Shown here: one piece after another, positions 18,595 through 29,060 of the stretch
How the letters are laid out: every line of letters begins with the position of its first letter
Position numbering within the stretch: position 1 is the first letter of the stretch
Assembly: GCA_963728565.1 (NCBI GenBank)
Contig: CAVSLC010000025.1
Location: forward strand, 32,001-96,000
Reading direction: 5' to 3'
DNA: 64,000 nt
Source of the DNA: an uncultured delta proteobacterium
GTDB lineage: Bacteria; Desulfobacterota; Binatia; UBA9968
The notes under the pieces: model-generated
Told to the model about the DNA's origin: nothing
Databases searched by the model: none
Seen by the model: the letters and a program-made list of their open reading frames with translations, nothing else
Program-made: the position numbers and the translations under genes

Positions 18595-21296
18595 ATGGCA
18601 AACATACAATGGCATTCGACGCAGGTTGATTCCGTCCTCGGTCAACTGGGTACCGATCCACAGCAAGGCTTGACCGTTGAGGAGGCTGGACGGCGACTGG
18701 AGGTACACGGTTACAACGAACTGAAAAAGGAAGAGAAGAGTTCTCCCTTCATCCTTCTCATCAATCAGTTCAAGAACACTCTCATTATCATACTGGCGGT
18801 TGCCACGGTGCTATCCGCGATCATCGGCGACCTGCTTGACGCCGGCATTATCCTGGCGATCATCGTCTTCTGCGCTCTGTTGGGATTTGTTCAGGAGTAT
18901 CGCGCTGAGCGCGCCCTGGACGCTTTGAAGAAAATGCTCACTCCAACGATTACGGCGCTGAGAGGAGGGCGGGAAGAGGAAATTCCATCAAAGGAACTGG
19001 TCCCTGGTGATATCATCCTGCTCGAGGCCGGAGATAAGATACCCGCCGACGGGCGCTTAGTCGAAATTCACTCACTGCAGTGCGACGAGGCTCCATTGAC
19101 GGGAGAGTCCTTTCCCGTGGAGAAAGATCTCAAAGTTTTACCCGAAGCGGTACCGGTAGGCGATAGAAAAAATATGGTATTTACCGGTACCGCGGTTAGC
19201 TATGGCGAGGCAAGGCAGTGGTGACGGATACTGGATTCAAAACCGAGTTCGGGAAGATCGCCAGTGAATTGGCGACCGTTTCGCAGGAGAAAACGCCTCT
19301 GGAAAAACGCACGGAAGAGATCGGAAAATGGCTTGGAATCATTGCCGTGAGCGCCTGTGTTTTGGTTGTGGTGACCAGCATCGTTCGGGAAGCGATCGGC
19401 GGAAGCTTGGATCTGCAATTCATTCTAATGATGCTGATGTTCGCAATTGCCCTGGCAGTAGCTGCCGTTCCCGAAGCGCTTCCCGCCATCGTGACGGGAG
19501 CCTTGGCCATAGGCATGCGTGAAATGGCAAAGCGTAATGCGCTCGTAAGGAAAATGCCGGCAGTGGAAACTCTGGGTTGCACGACGGTGATCTGTTCCGA
19601 CAAGACCGGAACTTTGACGAAAGGAGAGATGACGGTCCGGCGGGTCTTTGGGGGCGGAAAGCCCGTCGAAGTGAGCGGCGTAGGTTATGCGCCCGAAGGC
19701 GGCTTAAGTCCGGCTTCTAATAACCCGTCATTGAACATGCTGTTTAAAGGCGGAATCCTGTGCAACGACTCCACGCTTTTGGAAACGGGAGGCAAGTGGT
19801 CCATCAAAGGCGATCCGACCGAAGCCGCCCTCATGGTCCTTGCAGCCAAGGCAGGGCTGGGGCGAGAGCAAATCAGAAATCAATGTCCTAGGATCGGGGA
19901 ATTTCCTTTCAGCTCGGATAGAAAACGGATGACTACGATCCACACGATGGAGGACGGCAAGCGCAGGGGGTTTATGAAGGGAGCCCCGGAAGTGATCCTC
20001 GATCGATGTTCGTCCATCTTGAGTGGAGATGAGATAAGCGCGTTGGACGACAGCGAACGTAAAAGAATCCTTTCGGCAAACGAGGAAATGGCTACCGATG
20101 CGTTGAGGGTTCTTGCGATAGCCTACAGCGACCTTCCGGAGGCGGATCAATATAACGAAGATTTCGTTGAAAAAGACCTCGTGTTTCTAGGCCTGATCGG
20201 CATGATGGATCCGCCCAGAGAGGAGGCCCTCGAGGCAGTGCGAGTGTGCCGGCAGGTGTCAATTAAGCCCATCATGATCACCGGCGATCACAAACTCACT
20301 GCCCTCGCTGTAGCGAAGGAACTTGGAATTCACCGCGAAGGAGATCTCGTATTTACGGGGGAAGAGCTTAGTAAAATTGACGATGACGAATTTGAACGCA
20401 TTGTTGATAAGATTACCGTCTACGCCAGGGTCTCGCCACTCGATAAACTCAAAATTGTCAAGGCGTGGAAGAACCGGGGCGAAGTTGTTGCCATGACCGG
20501 TGACGGGGTCAACGATGCCCCAGCCTTGAAACACGCCGACATCGGGATAGCGATGGGCATCACCGGCACCGAAGTGGCGAAAGAGGCAGCGGATATCGTC
20601 CTGAGCGATGATAATTTTGCCACAATTGTCCGTGCCATCGAGCGGGGCAGATGGATCTATGACAATATTAAAAAATATTTAACCTATCTACTCAGAGCGA
20701 ATATTACCGAAGTCGTGGTGTTAGGCGGCGTTGTCATGGTCATGGGGCCCGAGTACTTGCCGCTTCTTCCGGCGGCGATCCTGTATATCAACCTGGCAAC
20801 CGATGGGCTTCCAGCGCTCGCGCTGGGGGTGGCGCCTGCGGATCCGGATATCATGCAGAGAGCTCCGCGCGACCCTAGGGAGAGCGTGTTTTCAAAGGAT
20901 GTAAGAATGCTGATCCTGATGGCCGTACTCATCGAGTGCCCGCTATTCCTGTGGATGTTCTTTCGATCCCAACCGGATATGGAACTTGCGCGGACTCTAA
21001 TCTTTTTCATGTTCGTTTTTATCGAGCTCCTCATTGCCGTTAACTTCCGCTCTCTAAGGTACAGCCTGATACAAGCGCCGCCGCACAAGTGGCTCCTGAT
21101 CGCCATCGGCTGGGAACTGGCTCTGATTGTCGTGTTGATTCAATTTCCAGCGGTCCGAGATGCCTTCGGAATCACCATGCCGTCGGCCTCCGACATCGGG
21201 ATGATCGTTGCCCTTGGCGTCGGCATCGTCATTGTAATCGAGATAGCGAAGGCCGGTTTCAGGACGACGACGCGCGGGCGCACTATGACGGCTTAG
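18595..21296 (+). CDS. P2-type cation-transporting ATPase (Ca2+/Mn2+-like), frameshift near 19206
   Basis: LTGES, VPEAL, DKTGTLT, MITGD, GDGVNDAP; two ORFs join at YG(R)GKAVVT. Confidence 0.93.
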
Positions 21297-21544
21297 GCGG
21301 AACGGCGGTAGGCCAACCCACGTTTTCCCGAGCGGACTGCCCGACCTGGCGGCCCTTCTCGTTGTCAGCGAGCGTCGAGGGCATTCCAATTTTTTCCGCG
21401 ATCCTATCTCGTCAATCGCGCCGAGCCGGCGCGCCGCTGATGGAGGCGATGGGCGAGAAAATGTCTGCTTGATGAACGATCATGGCGCGCCGTCACCGAC
21501 AAGACGACTGAAGATACGACCGTTCGTTGGTGACGTATCCAACA

Positions 21545-21585
21545 GCGCAGCTTTGCGGTCCCGTGATTTTTCTGGCGCGCTGAAG
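21545..21585. repeat. Diverged repeat, copy B
   Basis: 35/41 nt identical to 17797-17837. Confidence 0.7.
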
Positions 21586-21825
21586 CGGCCAGGAGGTATC
21601 TGGCGGTGAGCTACGGCAGCGGCACTGATCCGCTCGGACTCAAGCTTCCACGAAGACGGACGTGGTTTCGCGGGCTGCAAGAATACCGATCATTTCCTAT
21701 GAGAATGAAGATCTCGGCGCCAGCGCGCAGCGCTGAAGAATGCGAGTTTGTTCTTGGGGATCCGCGAGTAGCTCCTGTCTCTCGTAGGAGTATCGCTTGC
21801 TGAATGGGTTCAGCCTGGCATCGTG

Positions 21826-22812
21826 CTAAGCTTCGTCTCCGGTTAGATCCGCTTTGACGGGCTTTTGCAAATGCGGTTCTTTAGGATTTTTGGGCTTGAT
21901 CAGCCACGATGCAATGATCGAGAGCAGCAACACGCCGCCGATGACCGCCAAGGAAACACCGATCGGAATCTTGTAGATGTCGACGAGCATCATTTTGGCG
22001 CCGACGAAGCAAAGAACAACAGATAGACCGATTTTTAGATACACGAACATTTCCATGACACCGGCAAGCATAAAGTAGAGGGCACGCAGTCCGAGAATCG
22101 CAAACACGTTCGATGTATAGATGATGAAGGGATCGTCGGTTATGGCGAAAATCGCCGGAATGGAGTCGATGGCGAAAATCACGTCGGTGGTTTCGACCAC
22201 GATGAGCACCAGCATCAAAAGCGTAGCGTAACTCTTGCCTTCACGGCGAATAAAAAAGTTCTGACCATCGTACTTTCTGATGATCGGTACCAATCTTTCG
22301 AACAGCCTCACCACGGGATTTTTCTCCGGCTCGATCTTTTCGTCTCCTTGAAGGTACATTTTGATTCCGGTGACGACCAAGAAGCCGCCGAAAATATAGA
22401 TCATCCAATGGAAATTGCTCAGCAGCGCGGATCCGGTGGCAATGAAAATGGCGCGTAAGATCAAAGCGCCGAGAATACCCCAAAAAAGCACGCGGTGCTG
22501 GTATTCGCTGGGCGTGCTGAAATATTGAAAGATCATCAGAAACACGAACAAGTTGTCGACGCTCAGGGATTTTTCGATGACATATCCGGTGAGGAACTCG
22601 AGCGCTTTTTCAGATCCCCACGCGTAATAGATCCCAACATTGAAGATCATCGCCAAGCAGACCCAGACAACGCTCCAGATCGATGCTTCCTTAATCGAAA
22701 TCGTGTGGGCTTTGCGGTGGAATACACCCAAATCCAAGGCAAGCATCCCTAAGACAAAAATGTTAAAGCCGATCCAAAGAAATAGTCGTTCCGATTCCAT
22801 TATGACTTCCAT
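21826..22812 (-). CDS. TerC/Alx family membrane protein (copy 2)
   Basis: EKSLSVDNLFVF, ETTDVIFAIDSIPA; clear paralogue of copy 1. Confidence 0.95.
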   Translation of the reverse strand: MEVIMESERLFLWIGFNIFVLGMLALDLGVFHRKAHTISIKEASIWSVVWVCLAMIFNVGIYYAWGSEKALEFLTGYVIEKSLSVDNLFVFLMIFQYFSTPSEYQHRVLFWGILGALILRAIFIATGSALLSNFHWMIYIFGGFLVVTGIKMYLQGDEKIEPEKNPVVRLFERLVPIIRKYDGQNFFIRREGKSYATLLMLVLIVVETTDVIFAIDSIPAIFAITDDPFIIYTSNVFAILGLRALYFMLAGVMEMFVYLKIGLSVVLCFVGAKMMLVDIYKIPIGVSLAVIGGVLLLSIIASWLIKPKNPKEPHLQKPVKADLTGDEA

Positions 22813-22880
22813 TCTCCTGATGTTCGGCGATTGCGCCGAGCTACCCTGTTAAGACAACGACGGGATTGGAGAAAGAAGTC
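22804..22880 (-). promoter_or_regulatory. Predicted RBS/start-codon-sequestering hairpin between leader 3 and terC copy 2
   Basis: mRNA GACUUCUUUCUCC (22880-22868) pairs with GGAGAAUGGAAGUC (22817-22804). Confidence 0.6.
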
Positions 22881-23200
22881 TAAATGCGGAAGACTCGTAG
22901 TAGCCGATGCAAATTTCCAGGGCTACTGCGGGGTGGTGAGAGTGACGTGAGCGAGGATTGCGCTTTTCTAGCTGCGTGTCGGCTGCCGATCTGGGAATTG
23001 AGAGATCGGGCCAATCTTTTCCGGTGCGGTCGAGCTTTGCGTGCTTCCGAATGTCTCAGAATTTGTTCTTGCAGCTTCTCGGAGGAAATAGGCTCGTCGG
23101 CGGACTCCGCGAGCGCCGATTGAAGCACGAAAATATCCATCCCGGAGAGGCCGAAAGTCAGGAAGAAAAGCAAAATCATGTAGCGCAGTGGCGGTACCAT
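22880..23200 (-). CDS. Putative leader protein 3 upstream of terC copy 2
   Basis: 106 aa; hydrophobic N-terminus, acidic then Arg-rich middle, ends NLHRLLRVFRI*. Confidence 0.65.
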   Translation of the reverse strand: MVPPLRYMILLFFLTFGLSGMDIFVLQSALAESADEPISSEKLQEQILRHSEARKARPHRKRLARSLNSQIGSRHAARKAQSSLTSLSPPRSSPGNLHRLLRVFRI

Positions 23201-23242
23201 AAGCTTACATCGCTAACAATTAGGCAAGGTCAAGTCAATCAG

Positions 23243-24889
23243 TCACTGGCCGAATCGAGAATAGTCGTGCTCACGGCTGGTGATGAACTCCAAGAGCGCC
23301 GCCTTACCCTCCTGGGTGGCCTTCTTGGCGCGCTCGAAGGCCGGCGCGATTTTATCCGGATCCTCGACTCTTTCGCTCCAACCGCCGAGCGCCCGACCAA
23401 TATCTGCATAATTGCCGCCGACGTTTTGCGTGCCAAAAAGTTTATGCGAGGTCGCCATGTGGCGCGTTTCAGCGGCCATGAAATTATTGTTCAACACGAC
23501 TGTTAGGATCGGAATATTGCATCGGACTGCCGTTTCGAAGTCCAGCCCGGTCATGCCGAAGGCAGCATCGCCCATGAAGTTGACGCAGAATTTTTCTGGT
23601 GCTGCCAATTTGGCGCCCATGATGAGCCCAAGTCCGGTGCCCAGCGCATGAGATTTTCCCCATCCGATGTAACTGCGCGGGATCGGCGCTTGATAAAACG
23701 GAACCAGTTGATTGCGCGGGCTGCCGGCATCATGAGTGATAATCGCGTCTCTGGGATCGATGGCGCGCATGAACTCCCAAAAAACCCGATAGGGGTTAAT
23801 CGGAACTTCTTTGGAAGTGAGCTTAGGCATCCACTGCTCTAGCCAGGGATCCCTTATTTCCTTGATCTTCGCGGTTACCGCATCCACTTTTTTTGGTCGG
23901 TTCACGCCTTGAGCATCTTTTACCGCTTCAATAAATTGACTGAGCACCGGCTTGGCATCACCTAGGATCGGAACGTCGGCGATATAGTGTTTATTGAGGT
24001 CGCGCTCGTCGTTGGTCGCATGGATAATGGTTTTGCCAGGAGGAATAGGCGCAGCGACGATGCTATGCCGGGTAAGACTCGCGCCGATAGCGAATACGAC
24101 ATCGGCCGTCCGCAAAAACTCGTGCACTGTCGGGGGCATAACCCCAGCGCCGGTGCCGAGCGACAATGGATGAGTTTCCGGGAATGCGCTCTTGCCTTCG
24201 AGCGGCGTGGTCACCGGCGCTTGCAGCAATTCGGCAAGCTCGAGCAACTCATCCGATGCCTCGGCGTAGAGTACGCCTTGTCCGGCAATGATAACCGGGC
24301 GATGAGCTTGCACCAGAATCCGCGCAGCTTCAGCGATATCCTGGGGATTCGCGCCACTAACCGTGCGTCTGACCGGGGCATAAATGAGTTCGTTATCGTT
24401 CATCTCCTCAGTCGCTACATCGGCCGGAATCTCAACAAGCACGGGTCCGGGCCGGCCCATTTTCAGAAGGCTGAATGCGCGTCGCATGACGTCGCTGGTA
24501 TGAGAAGCCAGGGCAATTTCTTCGGTCCACTTGGTTACCGTCGCGTAGGATTGCGTTGATCTAAAGAAGTGATGGACCTGAGAAGTGGATCGAGCGTGGC
24601 CGACCGGTAAAAGCAGAACTGGAACCGAGTCGGAATAGGCAGTAGTAATGCCTGAATAGGCGTTTTCCGCGTCCGGGCCCGCCTGCATCGTAAACACGCC
24701 AATGCGCCGGCCATTTAAAATCCGGGTATAACCGTCGGCGATGCCGACACCGACTCTTTCTTGACGACAGATCAACGGCTTAATCCCCGCCGCCGCGGCA
24801 GCCTCGATCAGGGTATTGGTTGGATAGCAAGCAAGAAAATCCACACCTTCACGTTTTAGGATTTGGCTGATGGCATCGACAACTCGCAT
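23243..24889 (-). CDS. Thiamine pyrophosphate-requiring enzyme (acetolactate synthase-like)
   Basis: RQERVG, GRPGPVLVEIP, GDAAFGM...LNN TPP motif. Confidence 0.92.
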   Translation of the reverse strand: MRVVDAISQILKREGVDFLACYPTNTLIEAAAAAGIKPLICRQERVGVGIADGYTRILNGRRIGVFTMQAGPDAENAYSGITTAYSDSVPVLLLPVGHARSTSQVHHFFRSTQSYATVTKWTEEIALASHTSDVMRRAFSLLKMGRPGPVLVEIPADVATEEMNDNELIYAPVRRTVSGANPQDIAEAARILVQAHRPVIIAGQGVLYAEASDELLELAELLQAPVTTPLEGKSAFPETHPLSLGTGAGVMPPTVHEFLRTADVVFAIGASLTRHSIVAAPIPPGKTIIHATNDERDLNKHYIADVPILGDAKPVLSQFIEAVKDAQGVNRPKKVDAVTAKIKEIRDPWLEQWMPKLTSKEVPINPYRVFWEFMRAIDPRDAIITHDAGSPRNQLVPFYQAPIPRSYIGWGKSHALGTGLGLIMGAKLAAPEKFCVNFMGDAAFGMTGLDFETAVRCNIPILTVVLNNNFMAAETRHMATSHKLFGTQNVGGNYADIGRALGGWSERVEDPDKIAPAFERAKKATQEGKAALLEFITSREHDYSRFGQ

Positions 24890-25175
24890 GGTTCACCTCG
24901 TTTCGAATCAATCGGATTAAACGTTTGAGGCCGGTTTCAAACAGTCAGTACTTCGAGAGAAATGTATCGGTCTCGGTTGCTTAACGGATCAGACTCAGAA
25001 CTGCGCGCCTCCGTTCCACGCGTGCAGCGATGGCATCGAGGCGCATCCGGGATAGCCCGCCAGCCGTGGACGCTATCACTCCTGGATGGTTTTTCAACCG
25101 GCAGTTTACTGATAACGATCGGAACCAAGCAGTCAATGGTTCGGCTGCGTCCGTTCGATGATCGCAGCGGTGCTG

Positions 25176-25943
25176 CTACGAATCAAATTGAATCCGCCAG
25201 TAATAGTTCGCAAGGCCGATGTACTCGTGCACCGTTGCGTATATGCCGCGAGCGGCGCCTTCGCCCGGGAAAAAATCCAGTGGCGTGAGTCGCAGCTTGC
25301 CGAGCGTGTAATCGCCCGGCGCCGGAACCGGTTCCGGGGCTTTTGCTTTGAATGCCAGCATGCTGCGCGGCATGTGCAGTGCTGATGTAACCAGCAAGTA
25401 GCGCTTCCAACCCCGCCGTTTGAGAAGCTTTTGCACTTCAGCTGCGCTCTCGAAGGTATCTCGGGATCTGCCCTCGCCAATGACATGGTGTTTCGGCACG
25501 CCCCAGCGAATCAGATACTCGCGACCGATCCGGTTCTCGTCTTTATCGGGGGTGAACGGATTGACGTGCCCGCCGGATAGAATAATCGGCTTGGGTTGGA
25601 TTCGATAAAGACGCCAGGCTTCATCGAGACGGCGAAACATATGCTCGTCTATGGTCGAGAAAGGAATCAGCCCTTCGGGCGGGATCATACTGCCGGTGAG
25701 GACCACGATGGCGTCGTAAGAGAGAGCGCCCGGATCGAGCAGCGGCGCATAGCGTGACTCAAGGGGATAGCGCAACGCATAACCAACCAAGCTGCTGTGC
25801 AACGCGGTGATCAGCACCAAGGTCAACAGAAGTAACTTGCGGGCCCAGCGCCGGCGCCAAAATATCAGCACCGCCAGCAGCATCAGCAGCCATGGGGTTG
25901 GCGGTAGAACGAGCGCTTTCAGAAACTGCTTAAGTACGAACAT
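25176..25943 (-). CDS. YdcF/ElyC (DUF218) family protein
   Basis: ILSGG, SRDTFESA, LVTSALHMPRS, HEYIG. Confidence 0.9.
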   Translation of the reverse strand: MFVLKQFLKALVLPPTPWLLMLLAVLIFWRRRWARKLLLLTLVLITALHSSLVGYALRYPLESRYAPLLDPGALSYDAIVVLTGSMIPPEGLIPFSTIDEHMFRRLDEAWRLYRIQPKPIILSGGHVNPFTPDKDENRIGREYLIRWGVPKHHVIGEGRSRDTFESAAEVQKLLKRRGWKRYLLVTSALHMPRSMLAFKAKAPEPVPAPGDYTLGKLRLTPLDFFPGEGAARGIYATVHEYIGLANYYWRIQFDS

Positions 25944-26049
25944 CGATGGTCATCAGAAGCCTGACGAGAAAAGGCATGGATCAACAATTGGAGTATGCTC
26001 GTCCACCTCGAACATAAACGAACTGCCGGCTGATCATCGCGACTGCTAA

Positions 26050-26695
26050 CTATTCCGCGTCGGGTTGGTGTTCCGGCGCGGCATTGGCAAACGCTGGAAG
26101 GGACATACAGGCAGATTCGACTGCGAGCAGTTTTGGGTACGCTGACAGATCGACACCGAAGCGGCGCGCATTGCCGAGTTGCGGCACAAGGCAGATATCG
26201 GCCATGGTCGGCGTTTTGCCGAAGCAAAAATCTTCCCTGTCCGGTAACCGAATTTATCATCTGTTCCAGCGCCGAAAACCCAAGATTGATCCAATGGCGC
26301 GCCCAACGGATCGTGTCGTCATCGGATTGTTTGTGATCGCTCTTGAGGTGATTCAGCACCCGGAGATTTTGAATCGGATGCACCTCGCAGGCAATCAGCA
26401 GCGCCATGCTGCGCACGACCGCGCGCTCGGCTGCATCGCTGGGGAGCAAAGGCGGTTTTGGATAGCGCTCATCCAGATACTCGATAATCGCTAAAGACTG
26501 TGAAAAAATTTGTCCCTCATCTTCCAGCGCCGGCACTAGAGCCTGTGGATTGATCGCCTTGTACGCCGGCTTCAACTGCTCGCCGCCGCCGCGCCGCAAG
26601 TGTATCGGCGCCTGCTCGTAATCCAGACCTTTTATGTTAAGCGCGATGCGTACGCGGTAGGATGCCGAACTGCGAAAAAATGTATAAAGCTTCAT
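26050..26695 (-). CDS. maiA: Maleylacetoacetate isomerase (zeta GST), frameshift near 26230
   Basis: FRSSASYRVRIAL, NPQALVP, HPIQNLRV; shifted frame gives MADICLVPQ...PEHQPDAE*. Confidence 0.9.
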
Positions 26696-26802
26696 CTTGG
26701 ACCTTTGTCAGGGAGCCTCAGAACTATCCACTTCGATAATAGCCGTTGGCGGGCCTGCACGAATTACTGCAGCCTGCCCGAAACTGTGCCACGCGGCAGT
26801 TT

Positions 26803-27774
26803 TTACGCTGCTAACTCCACCGATGTGACGAACGGCAGACCGGTGACAATCTCGCGCGCGCCGGCGTCATCGATAACCAGCAGAGTCCCGTCGGAGGTGC
26901 CGGCGATCATGCCTTTGCCGTCCGGCAGCGGGCACATGTGCATGACGCCACCTTTGAGATTATCGATGATTTTCTCCCAAGTGGATCCTTTATCTTGGCT
27001 GCGGAAAATAGCGGCCATGGCGCCCTCTTTACGAATCCATCCATTAGGCCGTCCCTTTGCGCTGCCGAGATATACGACGCCATCGTTGTCCTCGGCCACG
27101 GATGTGCCGTAGTCGTGGCTCTTGGGAGTGATCGCTTCCCAATGGGCTGCACGATCGAAACTGCGAAACGCAGCCTCGCCGCACGCCGCGAACACCAATC
27201 CTGCAGTACTTCTCGACGCCAGAACTTCATGGATATCCATGTCGGTCAGCCCTTCATTGGCCGGCTGCCAGTTCTGACCGTCGTCATCGCTAACGAGCAC
27301 GCCGCCGACTTCGATTCCGGCATAGATGCGGTTGGGAGAAGCGGGATCGAATGTCAAATAACGCGTCCGTGATTGCAGTTCGGGACTTGGCGGAAAATTC
27401 GCCCCCGCGCTGTTGATCCGTACCCCTTCCAACTCTTCCCAGCCGCCGTTCTTGCTGCGGTAAACCGCCGAGGGAATCGTGCCCACCATGACTCGCCCAT
27501 TTAACGCGAGTATGGCAAACAACATCATCTTGGGGACATTTGGCTGCGCACGATTCCAACTCGCTCCGGCATTATCGGTGTAAAACAGACCGGAATGCTC
27601 GGTGCCCGCGTAAATCTTCTGCGAGTTCTCCGGGTCAACCGACATACACGTCAGGCTCCAGTATGACAGATCGCGTTTGGTTTGTTGCCACTCCCTGCCG
27701 TCCCGTTCGAAGCGATACCAACCGGACAGTGTCGCGACATGCAATGCCTTTTTCTTACCATTGAACTCCGTCAT
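26803..27774 (-). CDS. BNR/Asp-box beta-propeller protein
   Basis: Repeats TDNAGASW, SDDDGQNW, SQDKGSTW; AAGGAG RBS. Confidence 0.8.
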   Translation of the reverse strand: MTEFNGKKKALHVATLSGWYRFERDGREWQQTKRDLSYWSLTCMSVDPENSQKIYAGTEHSGLFYTDNAGASWNRAQPNVPKMMLFAILALNGRVMVGTIPSAVYRSKNGGWEELEGVRINSAGANFPPSPELQSRTRYLTFDPASPNRIYAGIEVGGVLVSDDDGQNWQPANEGLTDMDIHEVLASRSTAGLVFAACGEAAFRSFDRAAHWEAITPKSHDYGTSVAEDNDGVVYLGSAKGRPNGWIRKEGAMAAIFRSQDKGSTWEKIIDNLKGGVMHMCPLPDGKGMIAGTSDGTLLVIDDAGAREIVTGLPFVTSVELAA

Positions 27775-28262
27775 GGTTATCTCCTTTTGGCGTGCCGCAG
27801 CGAATTGAGACATTTCTAACTCGTTCAGGGGACAGATCGCAACCGCGTGTTTGCCTAGATCTAAAAAAACATGACGCTGGCGAGCGGATGTCAGTTGGGT
27901 ATGGTTTGGCGGATGTATTCGATTGCCTGGCTGACGAAGGACTGAAAACGTTTGGTTGCGGATTGGTCGGTCAACTCGCGGGTTCTCGCCGCTATGAGAA
28001 CCGCCAGTGCCTCGGGCGAGGCAAATGTCACTAAGCCTTCGAGTGCTGCTTGCTAATTTCTTCGTCCCTGTGGTCCAGCGCTTCAGTCAGGAGCTGAATT
28101 GCCATCGGATCGCGCCGCTCCCAGGCAACCTTGACGAGGAAAGCGGGCGGTTAACACCGGAAGCACGTCCCCCGGCATTTCAAGTAGTTCAAAAATGCAT
28201 GTTCTTTGGCGCCGCCACAAAATCGTTCCAGAATTTTCTAATGTCGATTGCCACCGCCGAGC

Positions 28263-28895
28263 CTATTTCCGCCAGAGATCAATCAATCTGGAAGAATCCA
28301 CCAGATCGCCGAATCTTTCGATGCGTTTAAGCGCGGCATTGTGACCTTCTTCGGTATAAGTGCCGACGCAGTCGCGCACGACAACCATGAAGTAACCGCG
28401 ATTATGACCATCGCGAACCGTCGCTTCGACGCCGCCGTCCGTCGTACAGCCGATCATCACCACAGTCGACGCGCCGCGATTGTTGAGAATCGTTGCGAAC
28501 TCGTTGCCGATAAACATCGTCGGTCGCCGCTTGTCGATGATCATATCGTTTTCACCGGGTTTAAATGGTTCCATGAATTGCCAGCCAAAGCTGCCGTGGA
28601 GCCGGCGCGGTTTCAGTTGGTTTGGATCATCGACCTTTTGATCTTTCATGCCGCGGCGGATCCAGCTTGGCGCCTCGTCCTTCCACAAGAAAGGCGTTTG
28701 TCGCGTGTAGATCGTCTTTATGCGGCTATGAGCGGCTGCGGCGATTACCGGCGGGCTGTTGCGTATCAAATCCTGTTTGTTGAATGCACCGCCGGCCTGA
28801 TCGTTTTGCATGTCCCAAACCAGCAGTACCGAGCGGCTCGGGTCAACGATTTCACTTAACTCGACAGGTATTTTTCTTCCTTCGAACTCGATCAT
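28263..28895 (-). CDS. Isochorismatase-family cysteine hydrolase
   Basis: WDMQND, IDKRR, GCTTDGGVEATVRD. Confidence 0.88.
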   Translation of the reverse strand: MIEFEGRKIPVELSEIVDPSRSVLLVWDMQNDQAGGAFNKQDLIRNSPPVIAAAAHSRIKTIYTRQTPFLWKDEAPSWIRRGMKDQKVDDPNQLKPRRLHGSFGWQFMEPFKPGENDMIIDKRRPTMFIGNEFATILNNRGASTVVMIGCTTDGGVEATVRDGHNRGYFMVVVRDCVGTYTEEGHNAALKRIERFGDLVDSSRLIDLWRK

Positions 28896-29060
28896 ACGCG
28901 CACCGCTTCTTTCCGGGTTGTCGCTGAATCCCTTCTGTAAAGGAACGACTGCGAAAGCACTTTCACTTTCCGAGATCTGCCTTCGTCAGTATTGGCCGTA
29001 TTGTTGGTCTCGGCGCGGAGCCATCAAGTAATCGCGTCGTCATCAGCCGGAGCTCATTAG

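Noticed and set aside
19200-19224. Programmed frameshift in the P-type ATPase
   Set aside because: No slippery heptamer; consistent with a single missing base
17249-22880. yybP-ykoY riboswitches before terC and the ATPase
   Set aside because: No recognisable aptamer, and the terC gaps are too short; needs Infernal to exclude formally
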